Assembly (NCBI GenBank): GCA_902790935.1
Contig: CADATP010000002.1
Location: 7,399-71,398, forward strand
Source of the DNA: an uncultured Lachnospiraceae bacterium
GTDB lineage: Bacteria; Bacillota; Clostridia; Lachnospirales; Lachnospiraceae
Direction: 5' to 3'
Length of the DNA stretch: 64,000 bases
This document shows, piece by piece, positions 28,217 through 37,861 of this stretch. The stretch's first letter is position 1. Each line of letters starts with the position of its first letter. The notes beneath the pieces were generated by a model. The model was not told the DNA's origin and made no database searches. It worked only from the letters and a program-made list of their open reading frames with translations. The translations under genes and the position numbers were made by a program.

Positions 28217-28534
28217 TTAGATTTTTAAATCAAAGCCGCCTGACGGTCCTTTTACAACCATCTTTTCTATAGGCTTTTTGTTTTCGCCCTGTTTATTTCT
28301 TCCGCTTCCGCCGTCTCCATGATATTCATTGGAGCCCTTGTCCTTGGCATCGTGGCGATTGGAATGCCAGCTGCTTTCCGATGTAGTTACAACGTCGTTG
28401 TTCTGAATCGTTTCCTTTTGCTCTCTGGCGATGTTGATATGGCTCTGATCAACTTCGGGCTTAACATCTTCGTTGTGTTTAATAAATGTGTAATCCTGTG
28501 CCCTTACAATAGGGGCGATATCGAGTCCTGCCAT
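28217..28534 (-). CDS. Small hypothetical protein of the flagellar operon
   Basis: RBS AGGAGG, 105 aa hydrophilic, tightly packed in the operon, ends GGFDLKI. Confidence 0.7.
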   Translation of the reverse strand: MAGLDIAPIVRAQDYTFIKHNEDVKPEVDQSHINIAREQKETIQNNDVVTTSESSWHSNRHDAKDKGSNEYHGDGGSGRNKQGENKKPIEKMVVKGPSGGFDLKI

Positions 28535-28550
28535 ATCGTTCCTCCTGTGG

Positions 28551-30140
28551 TTAGAGCGGCATCATCTTGACGTCGCCGTTAACCTTTTCAAATTTGCAAT
28601 ATCTGTAGCTGTCCTGCACATTCATCGAAACATCTCCGATGACGATGGTTGTACCGGGATAAACTTCTCCGGTAACTCTTACCGAAGCTTTCTTGGTCTG
28701 AGCAAAGACCTCGTCAAGTTCCTTAAGCTTCGCGCTCTTTTCCTCAAGCTCTTTTTTCTTGGATTCAAGGAGAGCTACGCTCTTTTTGACGTATTCTATC
28801 TGGTCGGGAGTAAATCTTGCTCCCTTTGCCTTCTTTTCGGTAAAGTTCGTAATAACGGGCTGTGTGTTTTTGATAGTCTTTACAATCTCGGCAACTTCCT
28901 TTTGTGTAAGGATGTACTGAGCCTTAAGTTGGGGATTTACACCTACTTCAACGATAGTTGCGGCTCCCATTGTAGCTCCCAGGGTTCTTACTTCCACAAC
29001 ACTTTCCGCCTGAACTCTTCCGCCTGTGATGAAGCCTTTCTTACCGGTAACCTTAACATCGGATCCTGCCTGCACATTACTGTGAAGGATTGATTCGGTA
29101 TCGATAAATCCGCCGGCTTCTACGGTGGAGTTTTCGATGAATTTGGAAATAACGTTTCCGCCGGCCTTGAGGACACCTTTGCTCATGCCCTTCATGCCTC
29201 TTGCGATGGTGATATTTCCGCCGGCTTCGAGAGTAGCTCCCTCAACGACGCCGTTTACGATAATATCTCCCGTAGCCTTAACTTCAAAGTTTGTAGCCAC
29301 GTTTCCGTTTATCTTAACGCTTCCGTCAAAGTCGATATTTCCGGTACTGTTATCAACGTTCTCAACCTCGTAGATATTGGAAACAAAGACCTGATCTCCG
29401 ACAAGCATAACATGTCCGTTTACCTTTGAGGTAATAGACAATCTGTCCTCAGAAAGCTGTATATTGTTTCCGAAATGAAGGTGAACGGTGCGGACATCCT
29501 TAGGCTTGATAACCGCTCCCTGAATCGTCATACCCGGATCACCCTTGTCTTCGGGAATTATTCTCGCAAGAAGATCTCCCGCCTTGCAATGGTTTACCAT
29601 GTTAAGGTGGAAGTAGTCTACAGTTCCGTCCTCAGCCATCTCGGGATGTGCTGATATTTTGGTATTGAAATAATATTCGATAAAAGCATCCGATCCGTGA
29701 CGGGGCTTTTTACCCTTGGCAACAGGCACCTGCATACCATAATAACCGGGACCCGAAAAATGCTTCTTTAAAATCTCTTCCTGAATACCGCTTCTTACCT
29801 GTCTGAAAGACATATCCTTAATGAACTCTTCATAAGTCATTCTCTCTCCGGTATCCGAAGCGGGAGTAAATTTAGCTACAGCGATCATATTGTCGGGAGA
29901 TGCTGAGAAAATATAGGTTTCATTTACCTTCGGGCACTCCCCGTCTCCCAATTTAACGATCTTATCCTCTCCTGATTCAGCGTCGGTCTTCATAGCACTA
30001 AGGTCGTAAGAAATTTGCTGATTATCGAGATAATTGACAAGCTCCTGAACAACGATTTTCTCGCCGCCATCCTTAGGCGCAAAAAGATGAACACCAAAAC
30101 CTCCGGGCACGGTTACCAGTTTGTAATACGCGTTCTGCAA
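28551..30140 (-). CDS. FapA/DUF342 family protein
   Basis: P..G.D..I.Y.F, VDYFHL, VDNSTGNIDFDGSVKINGNV beta-helix repeats and GEVYPGT. Probable TTG start at 30140 after AGAAGGAGG. Confidence 0.88.
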   Translation of the reverse strand: MQNAYYKLVTVPGGFGVHLFAPKDGGEKIVVQELVNYLDNQQISYDLSAMKTDAESGEDKIVKLGDGECPKVNETYIFSASPDNMIAVAKFTPASDTGERMTYEEFIKDMSFRQVRSGIQEEILKKHFSGPGYYGMQVPVAKGKKPRHGSDAFIEYYFNTKISAHPEMAEDGTVDYFHLNMVNHCKAGDLLARIIPEDKGDPGMTIQGAVIKPKDVRTVHLHFGNNIQLSEDRLSITSKVNGHVMLVGDQVFVSNIYEVENVDNSTGNIDFDGSVKINGNVATNFEVKATGDIIVNGVVEGATLEAGGNITIARGMKGMSKGVLKAGGNVISKFIENSTVEAGGFIDTESILHSNVQAGSDVKVTGKKGFITGGRVQAESVVEVRTLGATMGAATIVEVGVNPQLKAQYILTQKEVAEIVKTIKNTQPVITNFTEKKAKGARFTPDQIEYVKKSVALLESKKKELEEKSAKLKELDEVFAQTKKASVRVTGEVYPGTTIVIGDVSMNVQDSYRYCKFEKVNGDVKMMPL

Positions 30141-30194
30141 GGCTTTTGTCCTCCTTCTCGTTGTGCTTTGCGCACACCCCAATTAAAAAATTTA

Positions 30195-30965
30195 TTAAGC
30201 CTGGAAAATACCCATATAAGGCCCCAGCTTGGAACGCATCTTTCCGATAGCTCTTGTATGGAGCTGGGAAATACGCGATTCCGTAACCTCAAGGATGTTT
30301 GCGATTTCCTTTAAGGTCATCTCCTGATAATAGTACAGTTCAATGATTTTTTGCTCTTTTTCGGTAAGAAGCTGCATCGCTTCCCCGAGCATTTTGTATA
30401 ATTCCTGCTTTTCTATATTCTCTTCGGGCGAAATAAACTGGGCCGTGGTACCGCCGTAGTTTTGCTGGGGTACGTCACTTCCCGACTCCATAAATTCATC
30501 CAAAGATACAAGACCCGTAATCTTCATCTGGGACTGCCAGTCATAAAACTCATCCTCGGTAATACCGAGCCCCTGGGCAATCTCAATATCCGTGGCAGGT
30601 CTTCCTTTCTCCTGCTCGATCTGTTTCATTACGGCATCTATCTGTTTCTGTTTTTGACGGATGGTCCTGGGTATCCAGTCCATCTTACGTATCTGGTCGA
30701 GGATGGAACCTCTGATTCTCAGACTTGCGTACGTTTCAAATTTAACTTCTTTCATGAAGTCAAATTTATCTATGGCATCAATAAGTCCAAAAATACCATA
30801 GCTGCATAAGTCCTCATACTCAACATTATATCCAAGATACATGCTGAGTCTGCCTGCGACAAGCTTAACTAAAGGAGCAAACTCGATGATCAGCTTTTCG
30901 CGAAGCTCGGGGGACCTAGTTTTAGAATATTCATCTAAAAGTTTCTTTCTTGCAGCATCATCCAT
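30195..30965 (-). CDS. fliA: Flagellar sigma factor sigma-28
   Basis: GIFGLIDAIDKFD, KFETYASLRIRGSILDQIRKMDWIPR and LEVTESRISQLH motifs. Confidence 0.95.
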   Translation of the reverse strand: MDDAARKKLLDEYSKTRSPELREKLIIEFAPLVKLVAGRLSMYLGYNVEYEDLCSYGIFGLIDAIDKFDFMKEVKFETYASLRIRGSILDQIRKMDWIPRTIRQKQKQIDAVMKQIEQEKGRPATDIEIAQGLGITEDEFYDWQSQMKITGLVSLDEFMESGSDVPQQNYGGTTAQFISPEENIEKQELYKMLGEAMQLLTEKEQKIIELYYYQEMTLKEIANILEVTESRISQLHTRAIGKMRSKLGPYMGIFQA

Positions 30966-30977
30966 CGGATTTTATCC

Positions 30978-31268
30978 CTACACCTCTTCTTTTTCTTCGA
31001 CGTTTCCGTCCGTTGCCAATGCTATGCTCTCCTCTTCTTCTTTTGCCTTACGCTCAGCCTCTTCTTTTTCTTTATTAACCTTATCGAAGTGTCTGAGTAC
31101 AACGACAATAAGGGTGCCGACGAAATACATCACCGCCATCACCGCTATAAGAGAAGCGAGCTTGGCCAAAATGGAAAAAGATTGAATAAAAGTAACAACA
31201 ACCGTAATAAGTCCGCCAAGAAGCATCATAATAACCGGCAGGTATTTTTTCTTATCTGTCTCTTCCAT
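30978..31268 (-). CDS. Small two-TM hypothetical protein between cheD and fliA
   Basis: RBS GGGAG, two hydrophobic helices, acidic tail. Confidence 0.75.
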   Translation of the reverse strand: MEETDKKKYLPVIMMLLGGLITVVVTFIQSFSILAKLASLIAVMAVMYFVGTLIVVVLRHFDKVNKEKEEAERKAKEEEESIALATDGNVEEKEEV

Positions 31269-31301
31269 CAGCCAAGCTCCCTATCTAAGCATATTAGAAA
31301 T

Positions 31302-31790
31302 TTAGATCACTTTTTCGCCCTTGCCGGCTGTCTTGATAACAAAATCGCCTGTCTCAGGGTCGAATATAACCGTACGACCGTAATTAAGTCCTGTGTCTTC
31401 TGACAAAATGGGTATTCCCAGTTCTTTGAGTTTTTCTTTAACTGCCTGAGCGTTTCGCTCACCAACCTGCATCGCGGCACTCTTACTTTGCATAGAGAAC
31501 ATCATAGCTCCGCCCGCAATTTTGGCAACCATACGGCGACGTACTGCGCCCAATTCTTCCATCTGTCGTACGAGTTCAACAATTCCTGTGTCCGCAAATT
31601 TTGCGATGTTTGTCTGACTGTTCTTGATAGCTGTACTGTCCGGCAACATAACATGTGCCAAACCTCCGACCTTGTTGGACGTGTCGCGGATAGCAACACC
31701 AACGCAGGACCCGAGTCCAAGCGTAGTCACGGTATTCGGAGGACAGCAAGTTTTCAGGTCAGCCATTCCTACTTTAATAACTTCACCCAT
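31302..31790 (-). CDS. cheD: Chemoreceptor glutamine deamidase CheD
   Basis: TTLGLGSCVG, HVMLP, AKIAGGA, VGERN and EDTG..YGRT motifs. Confidence 0.96.
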   Translation of the reverse strand: MGEVIKVGMADLKTCCPPNTVTTLGLGSCVGVAIRDTSNKVGGLAHVMLPDSTAIKNSQTNIAKFADTGIVELVRQMEELGAVRRRMVAKIAGGAMMFSMQSKSAAMQVGERNAQAVKEKLKELGIPILSEDTGLNYGRTVIFDPETGDFVIKTAGKGEKVI

Positions 31791-31807
31791 AGCATTCTCC
31801 GAATTAA

Positions 31808-32428
31808 TTAAACACTGATTCCTAATGAACTAAGTATTTTTTCATATGACTCTATATCAGGTACAAGAACAAAGTATCCGTCGATCTCAACCTCATCAAA
31901 GAACTGAGACTGGATCAAAAGGATGTTATCACCGTAGATTCCGAATTCGATAGCCGGAACGGACATTATGGCAGCTGCCATATCGACCGTAAGCGCCGGC
32001 GGCGAAGGGAATATGGTGAGATTGGTAATAGTAGCAAGAGAGTTAAGGTAAGCACCGGTAATAATATTACCGATTTCCTGCATAGCGGAAAGCTCCATCT
32101 CCGAAAACTCATTTCCGGGCTGTGTCATTCCGGGCATTATCTTATCGATAAGATGCTTTGCGGATGACACTTCGGCGAGAAAGAGCATACTTCCCGTAAT
32201 GTCTCCTTCAACGCCGAGGAAAACGCCGACCATTATCTGTTCGTCGCCTCCTACAGCTTCTCCGACCTGGGAAAACTCAAGCAGCTCGACCTTGGGGACT
32301 CTCATATCAATTTTACAATTGAGCATCTGGGAAAGCGCCGTCATAGCGTTTCCAGCGCCGATATTTCCAAGTTCCTTGAGTACGTCATAGTACTGCTCGG
32401 AAACCTGTGCAAGATTCAAATCACCCAT
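31808..32428 (-). CDS. cheC: CheY-P phosphatase CheC
   Basis: Two ExxN sites: KELGNIGAGNA and QEIGNII. Confidence 0.95.
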   Translation of the reverse strand: MGDLNLAQVSEQYYDVLKELGNIGAGNAMTALSQMLNCKIDMRVPKVELLEFSQVGEAVGGDEQIMVGVFLGVEGDITGSMLFLAEVSSAKHLIDKIMPGMTQPGNEFSEMELSAMQEIGNIITGAYLNSLATITNLTIFPSPPALTVDMAAAIMSVPAIEFGIYGDNILLIQSQFFDEVEIDGYFVLVPDIESYEKILSSLGISV

Positions 32429-32453
32429 TATTTATCCTCACTTTATCGAAATA

Positions 32454-32951
32454 TTAGTTGTCCTCAAGCGAGATCATATTAAGGTCGAGTATGGAAATGA
32501 GCTCTCCGTTGTTCTTTCCTACTCCGCTTAAGAAGTTTGCCTTCTCGCCCTTGTTGTCGTGAGAAACCTTCTCGATTGACTTTTCCGAAAGGGTAACAAC
32601 TTCTTTAACTTCATCGACAATGATACCGATCTGGCCTTCATTCTCGGTCTTTAAGATAATGATTCTGGTAGCCTTGTCAAATACATCTTCATCGAGCCCC
32701 ATCTTAAGTCTTAAGCTTACTACGGGAAGAATCTCTCCTCTTAAGTTGATAACGCCCTTAAGATAGGGGGCTACCTTGGGAATTCTGGTGATCCGCTGCA
32801 TTCTTACAATATTGTTTACATAGCTGATATCGATACCGTACTGCTCTTCTCCGAGGCGAATAACAATGTACTGAAAAGTAACATCAACTATTTTGGTCTC
32901 ATCTCCGTCTTCCGGAAGATTAAGGTTATTATTTGTACTAAGCTGATCCAT
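32454..32951 (-). CDS. cheW: Chemotaxis coupling protein CheW
   Basis: ITRIPKVAPYLKGVINLRGEILPV and GIIVDEV motifs. Confidence 0.95.
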   Translation of the reverse strand: MDQLSTNNNLNLPEDGDETKIVDVTFQYIVIRLGEEQYGIDISYVNNIVRMQRITRIPKVAPYLKGVINLRGEILPVVSLRLKMGLDEDVFDKATRIIILKTENEGQIGIIVDEVKEVVTLSEKSIEKVSHDNKGEKANFLSGVGKNNGELISILDLNMISLEDN

Positions 32952-32969
32952 TTTTTTATTCTCCCTTCG

Positions 32970-35072
32970 TTACAGTAACGTATTTGCATCAAAGATAAGT
33001 GCAACCTCACCATCACCGAGAATGGTCGCACCGGTGATGAACTTGACATGCTTTACATACTTGCCGAGAGGCTTGATAACGATCTCCTGCTGTCCGATGA
33101 GTTCATCGATAACAAGGCCGGCCATCTTATCACCCTTCTTAACAATAACAGCAATAAGTGAATTCTCATCAATAGGATGACTCTCTGTTCCAATAACTTC
33201 GTTGAGTCTGATAAGAGGGATAACTGTACCGCGAAGGTTGATAACCTCCTCGTTCTGTACAAGCTTAATATCAGATTTTTCAATTGTCTCGATGGTCTGG
33301 ATGGATCCGAGGGAAATAGCATATTTCTCGCCGCCGACAACAACCATGAGAGCCTGGATGATAGCAAGGGTAAGAGGAAGGCGGATGGTCCATGTGGATC
33401 CTACGCCGAGTTCACTCTTAACTTCTACTTCACCACTAAGGGACTCGATCATTGACTTAACAACGTCAAGACCAACGCCTCGTCCGGATACGTCTGTAAC
33501 TTTCTTTGCGGTAGAGAATCCGGCGGTGAAAAGAAGGTTTATGACTTCCTTGTCGCTCATAGCGGCTGCCTGCTCGGGAGTAATGACTCCGCGCTCGATT
33601 CCCTTTGCTCTTACGGCCTCGATATCGATACCGTTACCATCATCTCTTACTTCGATGATAACGTTGTTACCATCCTGGTAAGCATCCAGCCAAATGGATC
33701 CTGCTTCAGGCTTGCCGCGCTGAGCACGAATCTCTGCCGACTCGATACCGTGGTCAGCGGAGTTACGGAGAAGGTGCATGATAGGGTCGCCGATCTGGTC
33801 AACTACGGTACGGTCTAACTCTGTCTCTTCACCGGACATATAGAAGTCGAGTTTCTTGCCAAGCTGTTTCTGCAGGTCTCTGATCATACGAGGGAACTTG
33901 TTTACAGTACTCTCGATGGGAACCATTCGAACCTTCATAACAGACTCGTGAAGGTTTGAAGTAACGCTCTCAAGATATTCGATCTGCTCGTTAAATGATG
34001 AGTTGTTTCCTTCCGATGAAGAAGATGCGGAAACAAGTGAGTTCTTAGCGGTAATAAGCTCGGATACAAGGTTCATAAGGCTGTCGAGCTTTTCAATGTC
34101 GACACGGACAGTCTGCTTAACAGCAACCTTTCCGGGCTTCTTGTCTGCAGCCTTAGCGGGAGCTGCGCCCTGAGCGGGAGCGGCTGCGGGAGCTGCCTTG
34201 GGAGCTTCTGAAGCGGCAGGTGCCGTAGTCTGGGCTGCGGGAGCTTCTTCTGCTTCGCCTTCAGCCTCTGCGGAATGAAGCTTGGTAACATCGAGCTCTT
34301 TTCCGACTGCATCGGAAATCTCCGAAACACTCTTAGCTGCTGCAATGAGATTCTCAAGAGACTCTTCTGAAATAACAATAAGAGTAAAGTCGTTCTCGAA
34401 CTTCTCGTCCTCAAGATCCTGTGAATTGGGATTAGAAACGATAAGCTCGCCCTTTTCCTCGATGGCTTTTACAACAAGGAAAGCTCTTGCGGCTTTAAGT
34501 ACGCAGGAAGGATCGACGGTAACATTGATTCCGTATACCTTTCTGCCCTGTTTTGCAGCCTCGGAAAGAACAGATATCTGGCTCTCATCGTAATTGATAT
34601 CGTACCAGGGCTCGTCTGATGAGCTTTCCTCTGCTTTTTCAGCTGCGGGCGCAGCCTGTGCGGGAGCTGCGGCTTCCGAAGTTGCACCTTTGTTGTTTAA
34701 AATATCGTTAAGCTGGCGGATAAGAGGCTCATTATCATTGGTTCCCTCATCTGCTGTGTTCTTGATGTTGTCCGTGTATTCCTGAAGTGCATCGAGGCAT
34801 TGGAAGAGAACGTCAATCATCTCGGGCTGAACCTTGATATTGCCGTTAAAAAAAAAAAAAAAAACATTTTCCATGTCATGGGTGAGATTCTGCATTCTCT
34901 TATATCCCATGGTTCCGGCCATTCCCTTAAGGGAGTGGGCTGCACGGAAAATCTCATTTACGGTATCGGAATTCTCGGGATCCTGTTCAAGCTCGAGGAT
35001 CTGAGTATTCAGGTTTTGTAAATGCTCGTTCGTCTCATCAAGAAAGATTTCAAGATACTGACTGACATCCAT
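32970..35072 (-). CDS. cheA: Chemotaxis histidine kinase CheA
   Basis: HPt IFRAAHSLKG, P2, VRVDIEKLD, HLLRNSADHGIE, SGRGVGLDVV and CheW domain. Contains an anomalous FFFFF from a T17 run. Confidence 0.96.
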   Translation of the reverse strand: MDVSQYLEIFLDETNEHLQNLNTQILELEQDPENSDTVNEIFRAAHSLKGMAGTMGYKRMQNLTHDMENVFFFFFNGNIKVQPEMIDVLFQCLDALQEYTDNIKNTADEGTNDNEPLIRQLNDILNNKGATSEAAAPAQAAPAAEKAEESSSDEPWYDINYDESQISVLSEAAKQGRKVYGINVTVDPSCVLKAARAFLVVKAIEEKGELIVSNPNSQDLEDEKFENDFTLIVISEESLENLIAAAKSVSEISDAVGKELDVTKLHSAEAEGEAEEAPAAQTTAPAASEAPKAAPAAAPAQGAAPAKAADKKPGKVAVKQTVRVDIEKLDSLMNLVSELITAKNSLVSASSSSEGNNSSFNEQIEYLESVTSNLHESVMKVRMVPIESTVNKFPRMIRDLQKQLGKKLDFYMSGEETELDRTVVDQIGDPIMHLLRNSADHGIESAEIRAQRGKPEAGSIWLDAYQDGNNVIIEVRDDGNGIDIEAVRAKGIERGVITPEQAAAMSDKEVINLLFTAGFSTAKKVTDVSGRGVGLDVVKSMIESLSGEVEVKSELGVGSTWTIRLPLTLAIIQALMVVVGGEKYAISLGSIQTIETIEKSDIKLVQNEEVINLRGTVIPLIRLNEVIGTESHPIDENSLIAVIVKKGDKMAGLVIDELIGQQEIVIKPLGKYVKHVKFITGATILGDGEVALIFDANTLL
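34848..34864. repeat. 17-nt A homopolymer within cheA
   Basis: Counted directly: A from 34848 to 34864; reading frame preserved. Confidence 0.9.
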
Positions 35073-35112
35073 AATTTCAAACCTCCGTTGTTTTTACTTC
35101 ATGATGAAGAAT

Positions 35113-36198
35113 TTATTTTGCGATTCCGACTCTGAGGATCACTTCCTGTGCCAAGTCGTCGAGAGGAGTCGACTGGTCCGAAAGTCCGGCCGCGTCAACG
35201 CTCTTTGGCATACCGTAGATCGTGCAGGTCTCTTTGCTCTGCGAGATAACATGAATCCTCTTTTTGGCTTTAAGATTCTTGATACCTTCAGTTCCGTCGG
35301 CACCCATTCCCGTCATAACAACGCAAATGATGTTGTCGAACTTGCTATCTATAAGCGACTCGTACATATAGTTCGCACAAGGCTTAACTCCTTCTCTCGA
35401 AGGCTCGTCGGAAAGATGGATGGAGTACTTGCCCGCTGAAGATGTGGCAAGATTCATATGCTTTCCGCCGGGAGCGATATAGACCGTTCCTTTTTCTACG
35501 GCAAGACCTTCTGACGCCTCAACCACCTTTATCTCGCTGAGACTGTTAAGTCTCTCCGCAAGAGAGGCGGTAAATCCGATGGGCATATGCTGAACTAAAA
35601 GCACGGGCGCATCGAGATTTGCGGGAAGTCTTGGAATGACTGACTGAAGAGCCTTGGGGCCGCCGGTAGAACTTGCAATCGCAACGATCTTGTTTCCGGG
35701 AACCTTGTCTGCAGTCTTCTTGATGATCTCAAGGACTTTCTGACTCTTGTTCTTTTCCTCTTCGATTTTCTCTTTGCTTTGAAATACGGGGTAATTACTG
35801 ACTACTACACCGCTTAAAACACGGAGAAACTCAGTAGGAAAGATTCCTTCTTTACACTGATAAGCATTGTCCGGTTTATGAATAAAGTCTAAGGCTCCGA
35901 GTTCGAGAGCATCAAGAGTAGTCTGTGCTCCTTCTCTCGTATCCGTACTTGCCATCATAACGCGGGCTTTGATCTTGTACTTGCGAAGTTCCTCGAGAAG
36001 TTCAAGGCCGTTCATCTTCGGCATATTGACATCGAGAACAACCGCATCGTACTGATTTCTGCTGATCAGGTCGAAGGCTTCAAGACCGTTTACAGCCTTA
36101 CCTGCAACTTCGAATCTGTCATCTGACTCGATTATATCACAAAGCACTCTTCTCATAAGTGCAGAGTCATCTACAACCAGAATTTTTTTCTTATTCAT
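35113..36198 (-). CDS. cheB: Chemotaxis methylesterase CheB
   Basis: Receiver domain plus SSTGGP, QHMP and MTGMGADG motifs. Confidence 0.96.
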   Translation of the reverse strand: MNKKKILVVDDSALMRRVLCDIIESDDRFEVAGKAVNGLEAFDLISRNQYDAVVLDVNMPKMNGLELLEELRKYKIKARVMMASTDTREGAQTTLDALELGALDFIHKPDNAYQCKEGIFPTEFLRVLSGVVVSNYPVFQSKEKIEEEKNKSQKVLEIIKKTADKVPGNKIVAIASSTGGPKALQSVIPRLPANLDAPVLLVQHMPIGFTASLAERLNSLSEIKVVEASEGLAVEKGTVYIAPGGKHMNLATSSAGKYSIHLSDEPSREGVKPCANYMYESLIDSKFDNIICVVMTGMGADGTEGIKNLKAKKRIHVISQSKETCTIYGMPKSVDAAGLSDQSTPLDDLAQEVILRVGIAK

Positions 36199-36207
36199 AG
36201 CATTTAC

Positions 36208-36933
36208 CTAACTCTTTCTGCGAACTTTTCGCTCTTCCTCGAAGATAAACTGAATGATCTCTTCTCTTGTTGCCTCATCGATATTGTAGTACTGAACCCT
36301 GTGTTCGAAAGTGCCGGGTCTTTGCTCAAGTTCCTTTACTTCAAGGACCTTGCCCACCAATTCGTATTGCTTTCTGTCGTTTCCTCTTACAAGATTGTAA
36401 GAGCAGTAGATCATGCTTCCTACTTCGTACTTCTGGTTTGACAAAAATCTTATACCGCCTCCGGATATGTCAACAATGACGCTCCTTTTTATAGGACGAT
36501 TTGGCTGCAGCCATATCTTGGATTTTTTTTCAACCGCATTTATTTCTTCCTCTTCGAGATTTCTCGCGCACATCTCGAGAGCACAGCTGAATCTGTAGTA
36601 TTCTCTTCGCTGGTATTTTCGAAGGTTACTTGTAAGCTCGATAGCAAGGAAAAACATTCCGTCAGCCTTGTATCTGTCTATAACCCTTGCAAAGCACTGG
36701 TAGAGCCCTCCCTCGGTATAGACAACTACATTATACTCCGCATCAATAGGGAGAAGTATAAGCTTGGTCTTCTCCATAGGCATGAGGAGCTCTAAGGTAT
36801 CCTCCGACGTAATAGCGGAAATCTTAGTGTAATACTGCTTCCGGAGTTCACTGCCGTCCTCTGCAAGCCTTACCTTTCCGCCTACCTGCGTGAGTTCAAC
36901 CCTGTCTCCCTCTTTGATGAACTTATTGATCAT
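36208..36933 (-). CDS. PilZ-domain flagellar brake protein (YcgR/MotI-like)
   Basis: c-di-GMP-binding QRREYYR and DISGGG motifs. Confidence 0.9.
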   Translation of the reverse strand: MINKFIKEGDRVELTQVGGKVRLAEDGSELRKQYYTKISAITSEDTLELLMPMEKTKLILLPIDAEYNVVVYTEGGLYQCFARVIDRYKADGMFFLAIELTSNLRKYQRREYYRFSCALEMCARNLEEEEINAVEKKSKIWLQPNRPIKRSVIVDISGGGIRFLSNQKYEVGSMIYCSYNLVRGNDRKQYELVGKVLEVKELEQRPGTFEHRVQYYNIDEATREEIIQFIFEEERKVRRKS

Positions 36934-36965
36934 ATCGATATCTTCTCCTTAATACCCCGATTTCT

Positions 36966-37835
36966 TTATTTCTTCCCCATTATATGAGAGAAAAATGCCG
37001 CCATTCCTCTGTTGGTTCCCTTAAGCTCGCTCTCCTTGTCAAGAAGCCTGGCGGCGATCCGCTCGTAGGCCTGGCTTGACTTTGCGGCAGGATTTGCAAG
37101 AGATACCGGTACCTGCTGCATAACAGCCCTTGATAACAGCATATCCTGAGGTACGGATCCAAGGTAGCTCATAGGGAGCTTTAAAAATCTTTGGACTACC
37201 GCATAGAGTTTTTTAAAGAGGAGCTCTCCATCCGACTCCTTCTCAACTCTGTTGGCGATCATCTTTATCTGTGAATTCGCTGCGTTGAACCTTGAGTGCC
37301 TGCTTAAGGCTTTAAGCAGCGAGTACGAGTCTGTAATGCTTGTGGGCTCGGGAGTAGTCATAACGATTATCTCTCCGCTTGCTACAAGGAACTCCAAAAC
37401 AGCGTCGGATATTCCCGCTCCCGTATCTACGATGATTATATCAGCAATAGAATCAAGTTCCGCAAGATTCCTTATAATATAGTTTAAATAATCTACGCTC
37501 AGATTGCTCATTCCGGCAATACCGGAGCCGCCCGATATAAAGCCTACCTCGCCCGGTCCCCAGGTAATGATGTCTCTGATATTTTTGCCCTGATAGATCA
37601 GGTCACAGAGATTGTGCTTGGGAACTGCGCCAAACATTATTTCAATATTTGCAAGTCCAAAATCGGCATCGAGGATTATTACCCTCTTCCCCATTTTTCT
37701 AAACTGTATGGCAAGATTGATGGCTGTATTTGATTTTCCGACGCCGCCTTTGCCGCTTGTGACCGTAATAACTCTCGCAAGCGTCTTTTGCTGCTCTAAG
37801 GCGGTTTTCATTCTTAAGCTTTCAGCCTGATCCAT
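36966..37835 (-). CDS. flhG: MinD-like flagellar number regulator FlhG
   Basis: N-terminal MDQA..LR, SGKGGVGKS, DADFGLAN and TPEPTSITD motifs. Confidence 0.93.
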   Translation of the reverse strand: MDQAESLRMKTALEQQKTLARVITVTSGKGGVGKSNTAINLAIQFRKMGKRVIILDADFGLANIEIMFGAVPKHNLCDLIYQGKNIRDIITWGPGEVGFISGGSGIAGMSNLSVDYLNYIIRNLAELDSIADIIIVDTGAGISDAVLEFLVASGEIIVMTTPEPTSITDSYSLLKALSRHSRFNAANSQIKMIANRVEKESDGELLFKKLYAVVQRFLKLPMSYLGSVPQDMLLSRAVMQQVPVSLANPAAKSSQAYERIAARLLDKESELKGTNRGMAAFFSHIMGKK

Positions 37836-37861
37836 AGTACTCCTTTATCTCCCCCGGCGCC

